Source: Octopus bimaculoides (lineage: Eukaryota). From it: a stretch of DNA of 64,000 nucleotides. The stretch is from NCBI RefSeq assembly GCF_001194135.2, contig NC_069001.1, positions 24,385,623 through 24,449,622 of the forward strand, written 5' to 3'. The translations under genes and the position numbers were made by a program. Position 1 is the stretch's first letter; each line of letters starts with the position of its first letter. Below the pieces are notes generated by a model, which saw only the letters and a list, made by a program, of their open reading frames with translations, did not search any database and was not told the DNA's origin. This document shows positions 50,920 to 63,307 of this stretch, piece by piece.

Positions 50920-51420
50920 GATGACATGATGACAACGATAAGGATGCTGCTGAAGATGATGATGACGATGATAATAATGATGACGTTGATGATGTTGATG
51001 GTGATGGTGATGATGATGAAGTTAATAATGATGATTTTGTTAAAAGGGTTAACGCTTATAAAACGTGTCAGGCTGATAACATTGTTTGGCTGTATCTTTA
51101 GCAGCCGTCATCATCATCATCATCATCGTTGTCATTGTTGTCTCCACCTTCATCATCATTGTCATCGTTATCATCATCACCATTCTCATGAAATTTTTCC
51201 TGTTTCTTTTAACCTAAAATAGAATCATCCACATCATTGTTATTATCATCATCATCATCATCACCAGTACAACCACACCCACCACCACAACCACGTTGAT
51301 CACCCCAACCACCTCCACCACCATTATTATAATCACAGTTGCTATTATTGTCGTCATTGTCATCATCATCATCATCGTCGTCACCGTCATCATCATTATT
51401 ATCATTATTCTTATCATCAA
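50920..51420. repeat. (GAT)n / (CAT)n microsatellite blocks
   Basis: Direct reading. Confidence 0.85.
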
Positions 51421-52650
51421 CATTCCCTGCCAAAATGCTGGCATGGGAAAGGCCTTCTCTAATGGTACCCAGGGCCAAATGTAGCTGTTGTTGTTTAGTC
51501 TGAAATCAGACTCAATTAAACAGCGTTAGGATCTAAATCATTATAGTAGCAGTGACCATCATGTAATTTGTTTTTGTTCATTTCCATAATCAGCATTCAG
51601 TTTTGAAGGTAGTGGAGATTTCAAAGAGATTTGGCTGCTGTTTCTAGCAGATCAAATAACCAGTTTGACCTTCCCATAATTGTCTTGATTGAGAACTTTG
51701 TTTCTGACCGAAACGAGCGACTTAGAGAGAGAGAGAGAGAGGGAGAGGGAGAGGCGGAGAGAGAGAGAGAGAGAAGGAGAGAGAGGTAGAGATAGAGAGA
51801 GTAACAAGGTTGGAGAGAATGAAAGCTCCTCTCTGGACTTAAGCATAATCCTAACTGTAAACGCTAAGCTGTATTATATGCTCGCATGTTTTTGGCTTTC
51901 ACTAGCAAAGGGGCCACATGGTCAGCAGCTCAAGTGTCTGGCAATAAAAAAAGGGAACAAGACAACAAGTATAGATAAGGAGCTGTTTTATCCCAAAGCC
52001 AGCACTTTACCAGAAAGAAATTTTCCCAAAATGGAAAATATTTTGTCACAGTGTGAACCTGACTCAATAAACACTGAAACTCAATGATTTCTAAATGTCT
52101 CTCACACATGGTGCACTTTAGAGTGGATAAAATGCATTATATGCAAGAAAAAAAGTTGAAAAAAATTTAATGTAGAAAAAAAACTAGAGGGTTTTTATGC
52201 ATTTCACTCTATAAATATATTTTATTTGGAAGTCGTACTTGTGTAGCAAATGGTTTGACCTGAGGCTATGTGTAGAAACTGAAGCAATTACATTATGAAA
52301 GAGCCACTTTAGCCAAGTAAAAACACAGAAAAAAAATAAATGATTTCATACAATGGCTCTTATGAGTATTTAGATGGCTAAAATGTTACTTCTGTGATGT
52401 AATGGGTATAAATAATTTCAAGTGAAGAAAATCATTAATAACTTATTCTCTCACTAAACGAAGCATAATTATCATGACTTTATATTCAGAATTTCAGTTT
52501 GCAGTTTTGTATTCTTTAAATAAAATCGCATTATTCTGTTGTGTCTGGGGAGAGTCATTTTCTTTTCGCATTACTTTTGCCAGTAAACCTTGCTGCACCC
52601 TTCATTACAACCCTGGGCTGTAGCATCTCATTTGGGTTTCACTGGCTTGA

Positions 52651-52874
52651 CCCTTTAGTATTCAGATCACTCTGTCAAATATAATGTTTGTTTATTTAAA
52701 TTGCTTTGAATTAATCATGCATTATCTTGTAGATTAGAGAGTTCAATGATGTAAGTGTTTAGTTTTAGAATGACATTGCAGGGTAGGAGTGAGAGGCCAG
52801 ATCTAGCCAGTTTCAATGTAAAGCATGTTAAATATTCTGGCCAGATAAATATGGCCTATTTGAATGTGAAAGGG
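52651..52874. mobile_element. piggyBac-like non-autonomous element (224 bp)
   Basis: Ends CCCTTTAGTATTCAGA and TTTGAATGTGAAAGGG (12/16 inverted match, CCC...GGG termini); flanks TTGA (left) and TTAA (right). Confidence 0.65.
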
Positions 52875-52914
52875 TTAAAATGAATCCTGGATTATTTATA
52901 GAAGGATTTCATAA

Positions 52915-53540
52915 GCTTTGCTGTATGGTGAGAAGTTTACTTCCTAACCATCTGTGTGGTGTGTGTGTGGCATATTTGTTGTGTGTGTGGTGTGTGTGAG
53001 TGTGTGAGTGTGTGTTTGTATTAGTGTGTTAGTGTGTTTGTCCTCTCATAGTTTGATGACTGGTGCTAGTTTGTTTACATCCCTGTAACCTAGCAGTTTG
53101 GCAAAAGTGACTGATAGACTTTAAAAAATATATATACTTGGGCTGATTTGTTTGACTAAAACCCTTCAAGGCAATGCTCCAGCATGCCCATGGCCCAGTG
53201 ACTGAAACAAATAAAAGAGGATAAAAGATATGAAATGGTAAACAAGATTGCGGAATATCAAATTAAAAGTATTGAATAACATTTCTGTTAACATTTGTTT
53301 TGAAAGTATGAAAGTAGTCATTTGGCAGAAAAATGGCCTCGTGGAACATGTTTTAATTATTCTTTTAATTGTTTTTATTCTTTTACTTGTTTCAGTCATC
53401 CAACTGTGGTCATGCTGGAGCACAGCACTTTTTTTTAAAGCCTAGTACTTATTCTATCGGTCTATTTTGCCAAACTGCTAAGTTACAGAGACGTAAACAC
53501 ACCAACATTGGTTGTCAAACGGTGATAAGGGGATAAACAC
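52915..53540. mobile_element. Two family A SINE fragments, tail to tail
   Basis: + 52915-53230, - 53375-53540. Confidence 0.7.
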
Positions 53541-54173
53541 AGACACAAAGACACACATGAGTTCAAATCCTGCTGTAGTCAACTTTGCCTTTCATCCTTT
53601 CATCCTTCTATAAATAAACATACCAGTCTAAGATTGTTGATTAACAGAATTTGGAAAGCCTTGACCATTTGACCATGGAACAGGTAGTAATGGTTTATAT
53701 TATAGTAGTAACAGGTCTCATCANNNNNNNNNNGGTAGTAATGGATTACCTTATAGTAGTAACAGGTCTCATCAGCCCTTGATGAGATCTTTGACCTGAC
53801 TGTGCACCTTGTAATTTCAGTTCTGGTGCAGTGCTTATTAGGACACTAGTGTCAAGCTGTACCTGTTCCACCTTTCCCTCAGAAAACATTAGAGGCATGG
53901 AAGAGGGAAACTTACACACATGTGCAAATGTAGGGTCTTCATAAACGACCCCCTTGACCTAGCTTTTAAATTAGAGAGGTGCTTTGCAGGTGCTGATCTA
54001 TGATCTCATAATACATGCAAGGATTTGGCAGTGTTGGTAAGAGCATTAGACAAAATGTACCTCGGCATTGGTTTCAACATTCTATACTCTGAGTTTCTGA
54101 GTTCAAATCTTACCCAAGGGCACATTTGCTTTTAAGGTGCCAAGCTGGCATAATTGTCAGCATATTGGGCAGA

Positions 54174-55345
54174 AAGTGCTTACCAGCATTTCATTCATTT
54201 TTATGTTCTGAGCTCAAATTCTGCCAAGTTTGACTTAGCTTTTCAAAGTGCTTACCAACATTTCATTCATTTTTATGTTCTGAGCTCAAATTCTGCCAAG
54301 TTTGACTTAGCTTTTCAAAGTGCTTACCAACATTTCATTCATTTTTATGTTCTNNNNNNNNNNNNNNNNNNNNNNNNNNNNNNNNNNNNNNNNNNNNNNN
54401 NNNNNNNNNNNNNNNNNNNNNNNNNNNNNNNNNNNNNNNNNNNNNNNNNNNNNNNNNNNNNNNNNNNNNNNNNNNNNNNNNNNNNNNNNNNNNNNNNNNN
54501 NNNNNNNNNNNNNNNNNNNNNNNNNNNNNNNNNNNNNNNNNNNNNNNNNNNNNNNNNNNNNNNNNNNNNNNNNNNNNNNNNNNNNNNNNNNNNNNNNNNN
54601 NNNNNNNNNNNNNNNNNNNNNNNNNNNNNNNNNNNNNNNNNNNNNNNNNNNNNNNNNNNNNNNNNNNNNNNNNNNNNNNNNNNNNNNNNNNNNNNNNNNN
54701 NNNNNNNNNNNNNNNNNNNNNNNNNNNNNNNNNNNNNNNNNNNNNNNNNNNNNNNNNNNNNNNNNNNNNNNNNNNNNNNNNNNNNNNNNNNNNNNNNNNN
54801 NNNNNNNNNNNNNNNNNNNNNNNNNNNNNNNNNNNNNNNNNNNNNNNNNNNNNNNNNNNNNNNNNNNNNNNNNNNNNNNNNNNNNNNNNNNNNNNNNNNN
54901 NNNNNNNNNNNNNNNNNNNNNNNNNNNNNNNNNNNNNNNNNNNNNNNNNNNNNNNNNNNNNNNNNNNNNNNNNNNNNNNNNNNNNNNNNNNNNNNNNNNN
55001 NNNNNNNNNNNNNNNNNNNNNNNNNNNNNNNNNNNNNNNNNNNNNNNNNNNNNNNNNNNATGTTCTGAGCTCAAATTCTGCCAAGTTTGACTTAGCTTTT
55101 CAAAGTGCTTACCAGCATTTCATTCATTTTTATGTTCTGAGCTCAAATTCTGCCAAGTTTGACTTAGCTTTTCAAAGTGCTTACCAGCATTTCATTCATT
55201 TTTATGTTCTGAGCTCAAATTCTGCCAAGTTTGACTTAGCTTTTCATCCTTTCAGGGGTCAATAAAATACATACCAGTTGAGCACAGGGATTAATGTAAT
55301 TGACTTGCCCTTCCCCGAAATTTCTGGCTTTGTCCAAACTTTGAA
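54174..55345 (+). repeat. 72-bp tandem array amplified inside a family B SINE (spans N gap)
   Basis: Unit AAAGTGCTTACCAGCATTTCATTCATTTTTATGTTCTGAGCTCAAATTCTGCCAAGTTTGACTTAGCTTTTC, ~2.5 copies on each side of a ~705-N gap; SINE head before it, SINE 3' half after 55243. Confidence 0.9.
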
Positions 55346-55635
55346 ATCAATACATGCAAGTAGTCTAAGTGTCCAGACTAAAAACCTCCTAATGTCCATT
55401 TTGATGTTAATTAATCTGGAATTGATAAAGCTTTGGTCAGACAAAGAAGCAGAACCTAGAAATATTTTGCAGAGCTCAGAAAGAAGTGATGGTGTGGAGC
55501 TAGAGGAAGCAGTTACTCCAGATCAAAGACCTAATCTACTTGTTTGCAACAGTATATGTTATACTAAAAGACACCCTAATACTTGGCAGTGGTGTTAAAC
55601 CTGACAACAGAGTAAATTCTGCCAGTCCAGCACTG

Positions 55636-56023
55636 TTGTTGTTGTTGGCACTCCATCGCTTACGACGTCGAGGGTTCCAGTTGATCCAATCAACGGAACA
55701 GCCTGCTCATGAAATTAATGTGCAAGTGGCTGAGCACTCCACAGACACGTGTACCCTTAACGTAGTTCTCGGGAATATTCAGTGTGACACAGTGTGACAA
55801 GGCTGACCCTTTGAATTACAGGCACAACAGAAACAGGACATAAGAGTGAGAGAAAGTTGTGGTGAAACAGTACAGCAGGGTTCGCCACCATTCCCTGCCG
55901 GAGCTTCGTGGAGCTTTAGGTATTTTCGCTCAATAAACAATCACAACGCCCAGTCTGAGAATCGAAACCGCGTTCCTATGACCCCGAGTCCGCTGCCCTA
56001 ACCACTGGGCTATTGCGCCTCCA
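55636..56023 (-). mobile_element. Family C SINE, well preserved
   Basis: Highly similar to 18740-19130 with CpGs retained. Confidence 0.9.
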
Positions 56024-57364
56024 GCACATATACAGATCATCTGACAAGCATCTGCTTAAATTCCCTAACAAGAACTAAGTTAATGAGGTTATAGAAGGAA
56101 ACACTTGCTCAAGATCTGTGCTGTGCAATTAAACCCAGAACTCTTCTTTTACTTTGAGTATCTGTGCATCATGTTGATGTCACTATAATGAAAGTCTTCG
56201 TAATTAAGCACAAGTTCTCCTCTTGGATGAGGCCGTAGCATTATTTCCTTCTGAATTTCTCATAGTGTTTTCTTGGCAGAGATATTGAGGTGGTTTAACA
56301 TTGCCTTTTCCAACTTGGTGGCCACTGGTCCACAAGGAGCTCATCCGCCCTTTAACAGGTTCTGTTTTTAGTCTTGCTTGGTGTCAAGACATCCTTGCTC
56401 ACATGGGTAGCAGTCTTTGCATGTAGGAGGGAGCCAGTTCAGTCGCCAACCCCTCCACCATGGAACACGTAGTCCTTATTTACATTGTACCAGTTGTAGA
56501 TCTCAACTGTCTCTTATGGGATCACTGATCTGACTATAAAACCAAAAATTACATCTTTACAGAATAAAAGTTCTTAAGCACAAGGATATATCGACATCTC
56601 ATTTCAAGGCCCACATCAACTGAAGGCTATAGTAGACAACAAAATAATTACCTCACTTACACTACCATTAGTCCTATTGTCTATCTTTATGCTTCCCTTA
56701 CAAATACAGTCATAGAAGAAACCGTTTTTTGGTGTTTTACTAATTATGGTTATTATTTCTTGATTGGAAATGAAATAACAAAATTTTACAATTTTTCATA
56801 TAAAATGAAATTAGATATTAGAAACACTAATTTACTCTCTTTTGTCTCAAACTGTTTCCTATAATGCCTAGGAACATTTTTATATTGAATATTTTAGCTG
56901 TTCAGTCATTCATAATGTAATTTTTCCTACTTGCTTTCTAAAAACAAAAAAAAAAAAAAAAATGACTTTTAGACCCGAAGGAAATTTCAAAACTTTTCTC
57001 TAAGTTGACCTTTACATGTTTAAGCAAGCTGCACATGCTTTGATAGCTGTTAAATGCAGCAATCATTGCTATTACTGTCATTAAATGCTTCACAATGAAA
57101 TAAACATAACATTCAAGAAGTAAAATATCTACCTAGAGCTCTGTATCATTACAGGGTGAGAAGCATGTAGAAGTGTGTTACACTGCATGTGCGTTTGTCT
57201 CTAGCAATTGAAGCAATTATGAAGACAATTTTATTGTATTTGAATGAATGCTAATATAAGTATATCTATGTATGTAACTGAAACTTTGTGAGCTCTTCTT
57301 CTCACCAGTTAATACATTCAATACAGAGTGTATGAGAAAGATAGAGTTGTTTTTTGATGCATCT

Positions 57365-57403
<39 letters not shown>

Positions 57404-57599
57404 GTGTGCCTGCGTGTTATAGGAGTTATGTTAGCAGGATTAATTAGGGGGTTTATTGTAGGTTGAAAGGGAGTTATATTAGTGATGGTTTGTCATGGGT
57501 TATGTTCATTGGGGTTGTTTTGTGCTGGAAATTCAGGTTATGAGAAGATTAATAGGTGAATATTGTTTTTGAGTGATGAAATAATTAATTACAATTCTA

Positions 57600-57726
57600 C
57601 AGGGTGTCCACAAAGTCTGGGTACATGGAGTAAATAAAATCATAACATAAACAATTAAATATAAGAAATAATAATTTCTTAAAGTATGTGTTAATCCCCA
57701 TGTACCCAGACTTTGTGGACACCCTG
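57600..57726. mobile_element. 127-bp Tc1/mariner-type MITE with perfect 29-bp TIRs and TA target duplication
   Basis: TA-CAGGGTGTCCACAAAGTCTGGGTACATGG ... CCATGTACCCAGACTTTGTGGACACCCTG-TA. Confidence 0.9.
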
Positions 57727-57777
57727 TATAATGAGGTTGTTATTTTTGTTATGTATTTGTGTGTGTGAGTGCATGTG

Positions 57778-57827
<50 letters not shown>

Positions 57828-58891
57828 ATATATATATATGTGTGTATGTGTGTATGTGTGTGTATAAATATATATGTATGCATGCGTATTCTTACATGTG
57901 TAGTCTTACATGTGTATGTATATGTTTGCATGTATGCTTGTATGTATCAATACATATTTATAGGCATGTGGAATGGTGTGCCTGTGTATGTATTTGAGTC
58001 ACCCCCACTCTCTGTCAAAATTACCTTCACTATTCAACAAATGGAGATTGATAAAGTAGCTGATTGAGATAATTGCTGAAATTAACATGATCATCTAAAA
58101 TCCATGAATGTGGTGCCCTAGCATGGCAACACTTTTATGATTAAAACCATTAACGGACTAAATTCACATGAAACCATAACCCCAAACTCTTATTTACCCT
58201 GTATATGATTCAATTATATTAAATTCTCATTTATCTTCCACTTTCTCCATCATCATCCTCCTCCACTCTCATAAGTGTTGTTTTCCCAAATTCTTTTAGC
58301 TCCATATCAGCATGACTTCCGTATGCCTACATCGCTACATAGCGTAAGTTCTCTAGATATTTCAATGAAATTGAACTTGCTTCTCATCATCTCAATAGAA
58401 TATGGTTTACCATTCTTTGCATTCATATCAGCATGGGTTTGGCAGGTTTGCTGTAAAAGACAATAATTTTTCCATATATAAATAATGCAATTCAACTCCT
58501 TGTCATCATTATAATTTATCACAGAATTTATAAGCCAATATTTCACTGAAATTCCCAACACTCATTAAATTTTAATCTCTAAAATTATACTTGTAGATTG
58601 AACTTCCATGCAGAAGAGTTTTGTCTATTCTTGACCAAGCTATTTTGCAAAGTTTATTTGAATAAATTGTTATATACATTGTAACACCCTTCGCGCCACT
58701 TATATGTATAATCAGCAATTTGTAAATTTTTGGCTCTCCATGAAAACCATCAAATATCCTGAACTCTGGAGAATTGGCTGTTCTTTATTTGAAATATATA
58801 ACTCTAAACTACTGCAGTGTGCAAATTAGGAAGTCTATTATGGCAGTTTTTAGAAAAATTGGCGGCAAGAGAGAGAGAGAGAGGGAAAGAA

Positions 58892-58924
<33 letters not shown>

Positions 58925-59189
58925 AAGGAGGGGTAATGATTGAGATAGCAAGAGGAGAAGGTAGTTTAGTAATATGTACATGAGAGATACATTTGTCTCT
59001 TTCCTCCAACTCATGTATTCGCATGCCCACTGCGTATTTATAGACATCAGGTTAAAGAGAAAAGATACAATTGCTCGACCTGCTAGAAGTAGTAGCCAAA
59101 TCTCCCTCTTAGGTAAAAGCCACACATTGGATAATGTAACTAAATGAAAGAGACAGGATGGTCACAGCTGAGCTGGGGCTAAATTGCAA

Positions 59190-59530
59190 CACTCAGTATA
59201 CATACATACATACGTACCTACCTACATACATACATACGTACATGCATATATACATACATACATGCGTACATACCTACCTACGTATGTACGTGCGTACATA
59301 CGTACCTACCTACCTACCCACATACATGCAAACATGCATACATGCATATGTACATACATATGTACATATATTCGTAAGTACGTTTGTACATATATACATG
59401 CATACATATATTCTTTCGTACATACATACATAAATACATGCAATGCATGTGTACATATGAACATACATTCATATGTACGTGCGTACGTACATACATACAG
59501 GCATGAATGCATACGTACGTACATACATTC
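59190..59530. repeat. (TACA/TACC/TACG)n tetranucleotide microsatellite
   Basis: Direct reading. Confidence 0.9.
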
Positions 59531-60719
59531 TTATATAGAGACATATAGAAGCAGTATTGTTGTTCATTAAGAAACAGAGTAAAAGAGAGAAGCAGAGTAT
59601 ATTTGAGAAAGACAGAGGGACAAAGAGACTAGTGTGTATAGGTATGTCAGAGGGAGATATACAGATGGCGCTCTTAGAGAGAGAAAAAATGAGAGAGATA
59701 AGACCATTGCTCCATACACAGAAACATATACACAAACATTTACTGGTGTCACGGAATCATTATCATATGCAAATTTGGATAGAGTGTTAGGTAGAGAGAG
59801 GGAGAGAGACAGACGGACAAACAGAAAGACAGAGGAACGGTGGGTGTGGGGAGGAGTGAGTGGATTGTGGGAGGTGTTGGAAGGAGAAAGCTTAAATTCT
59901 CATGATAATAAATTTTGCTCATGATTAGCAAGTCTACCAATTAGAATAATTTAGTTTCAATTACATGCTTCATGAATGTTAAACTTGAATATACGGTGTG
60001 GGTTATGTCTTCGAAAGTATCGACCGAAAACTCTCATGTGTGTATCAGGTGCATACACACATGCACAAACACACACACACACATACACAAAACCACAGAG
60101 AGAGGAAGAGAGAGTAAAAGAGAGAGGGAGAAAGAAAGAGAGTGAACGAGATGCATATATTTACACACACATGCACATAGCGAGAGAGAGAGAGAGAGAA
60201 GGTGAAAGAGGGAGAGAGAATGAGATGTATATATCTACACACATGTATGCACACACATACACATAGCCAGAGAGAGAGAGAGAAAGAGAGAAGGTGAAAG
60301 AGAGAGAGAGAGAGAGGAGGTGAGAGAAAGTGAAAGTGAGAGAGAGAGAGAGAGAGAGAGAATGAGATGCATATATTTACACACATGTATACACACCCAC
60401 AGACACACATATAGTGTATGTTTGTGAGTATATATAAAATTATACATGTTATGAATATAATTATGTATGTATGTATTTGTACCTACATATACATATATCC
60501 ATACATTAGAGTATATCCATATGTGTATGTGTGTATAAGCACACACCACAATGCAAGCTGAAGGCGAAACAAAAACACAACTGCAGCGATTTATGCGTTT
60601 ACCTTGTATTTTATTACTTCGGATTAAAAAAAAATAGACTTCAAAAAATGAAGAACACTTAAATTTGATCCGCACTGATATATGGTGGGGTTCTCACCTG
60701 ATCGGAATTGTGATATTCT

Positions 60720-61975
60720 TTTCTACTCACTCTAGGCACAAGGCCTGAAGTTTTGGGGGAAGGGGACAGTCGATTAGATCAACTCCAGTATGCAACTGGT
60801 GCTGAATTTATCATACCCGAAAGATGGAAGGCAAAGTCGACCTCAGCAGAATTCGAACTCAGAATGTAAAGACAGACAAAATACCGCTAAGCATTTCTCC
60901 CGGCGTGCTAACGTTTCTGCCAGCTCACCGCCTTAAAATATTCTTTTCTATTCTAGGCACAAGGCCTGAAATTTTGAGGGAGCAGGCCAGTCGATTAGAT
61001 CGACCCCAGTATGCAACTGGTACTTAATTTATCGACCCCGAAAGGATGAAAGGCAAAGTCGACTTCACAGAATCAAATTAGCTATAACTACATTAATTAA
61101 GGTGACAAAGCTGGCAAAATTCTTAGTGGCATTTCGGCCGTCTTTATGTTCTAAGTTCAAATTCCGTCCAGGCCGACTTTGCCTTTCATCTTTCTGGGTC
61201 GATAAAATATGTACTAGTTGAGTGCTGAGGGTCGATGTAATTGGCTCATCCCCACTCCCACCAAATTGCTGGCCTTGTGGCAAAATTTAAAACCAATATT
61301 ATTATATTAATTAAGGCAGCGAGTTCGCAGAATCGTTAGCATGCTGAAAATACTCAGCGGTATTTCCACAGTCTTAACTTTCTGAGTTCAAATCCTTCCA
61401 GAGTCTACTTTGCATCTCATCTTTTTGGGATCAATAAAATAAGTACCAGTTGTCTACTGGGGTCAATGTAATTGACATGACTCCACCCCTGAACTTGCTG
61501 GTCCTTTCATTAATTAAGGCAGCGAGCTGGCAGAAAAACTTTAGCACGCTGGACAAAAATGTTTAACGGCATTTCATCTGTCTTTACGTTCTGAGTTCAA
61601 ATGTTACTAAAGTCAACTTTGTCTTTCGTCCTTGTGGGGTAAATACCAGTTGAGTACTAAGGGTCAATGTAACTGTCTTACCCACTCCTCTGAAATTGCT
61701 GGCTTTGCTCCAACATTTGAAACTAATATTATTACATTAATTAGCCAATTAATCAAAGGCAGTGATCTGGTAGAATCATTAGCACATCTGACAAAATCCA
61801 AAGCAACATTTCTTCTGGGTTTACGTTCTGATTTCAAATACTACCGAGGTCAGCTTCGCCTTTCATTCCTTGTGAGGTCAATAAAACAAGTACCAGATGA
61901 ACACTGGAGTTGATGTAATCGATTTGCACCAGCGCCTAAATTTGCTGACCTTGAATTAAAATTTGAGACTAATTC
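60720..61975. mobile_element. Cluster of six family B SINEs (two -, four + head to tail)
   Basis: - 60720-60934, - 60945-61070; + ~61099-61300, 61313-61505, 61516-61735, 61757-61975. Confidence 0.85.
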
Positions 61976-62613
61976 ATTTAATAACCGATTAATTTAACGC
62001 AGGTATTGTCAGTTGGTGATGGAAAGATATATTTTAATATAAGATTATTTTCCTTAATCATCGAATTTTCAATATTCCCTACTGTATATATTAGGGGAGG
62101 CTACGACTATTCTCCAGATATTTCTTTTTAATGGAAGAAGCACAAATATCTCTCTTAGCATAAGTATGCAATTTAAAAATATTTCTTGCGGCGTAAAATC
62201 CTGAGCAATCATTGCATGCAAAACGGTGCACCAGGCATTTCCACAGGTACATACTCGAAGTGTTGGTGGTAGAGTGAGCCAGTTACCGAGTAGCGGACTA
62301 ATACTTAGGCGAACCCAGGTGAAAAAAGTCCCAAGTAAAAAATGTCGCTGGGAAAAAGTCACGGAAAAGAAGTTCATCCAATGCGATGTGATCAACAAAA
62401 AGGAAAAAAAAAAGTCAGAATCCAACTCAGAGACACAGTGTCATTAAGATGTCTTATGCTGTTAGTAATACACCTGTTTCTGGAATATGGCAAAAACTGA
62501 CTTTATCATGAGAACTCAGTATGAGATTGTAACTTTCTCATTTAGAGGATAAGGTTCCAAGGATTACAAGTTTAAAGAGCAATGTGCTGTAGCTACTCTA
62601 TAAATATTATAGC

Positions 62614-63307
62614 TAATTAACATAATAGGGTAAAAATTTGATATTAATTAATATCAATTTAATACCATGAAACTAGCACATTAAAAGAATCAGAATGTTC
62701 AGGAAAAATTTTTTGGAGATCCTAAAAGGATTATAGTACTTGTGTATATAAAAGTGACCAGCAAGTGGTCTGGTAATATGCTAGAAAAAGATCACTTAAA
62801 AAATTCTCAAAGAAAGATTCAGCGGAGCAAAATCAGGCGGGCGAGACCAGTGAAAATTATAAATACCTCGGTTATCTGTAGACTATAGTTTCAAAATCAA
62901 TGCTTCCAAATTAAAGTATCTATTTATCATCAGTACAAATTGCCGATATTATTATAATCGAACAGAATCTCGTGCTAGTTGTCTCCGACCAGTGCAAACG
63001 TGCACGTGATTCTATCCATTATAAAGATTAAAATTCAAAAGTCTTAGTTTTGGCGCACTCTACAGAAAATAATTTCTGATTTGAATTTACCAACTTTGAG
63101 AAATGTGATTATGGTTAATTAACATAATGGGGTAAGAATTCGATATTAATTAATATCAATTTAATACAAGGAAACTAGCACATTAAAAGAATCAGAAGGT
63201 TCAGGAAAAAAATTTTGGAGATCCTAAAAGGATTATAGTACTTGTGTATATAAAAGTGACCTACTGGTCACTTTTATATACACAAGTACTATAAATATTA
63301 TATCTAG
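62614..63307 (+). repeat. 146-bp direct repeat pair, each followed by a hairpin and CTAG (possible Helitron-like or MITE composite)
   Basis: 62614-62759 and 63116-63261 near-identical; perfect 29-bp stem at 63233-63261/63266-63294; CTAG at 62781 and 63304. Confidence 0.6.

Noticed and set aside
53683-53800. Near-duplicate across a 10-N gap and a CAGGTCTCATCA/TGATGAGA..GACCTG hairpin containing TGATGA
   Set aside because: The duplicate is probably haplotype overlap; the hairpin lacks GAAA and stem III, so it is not a hammerhead.
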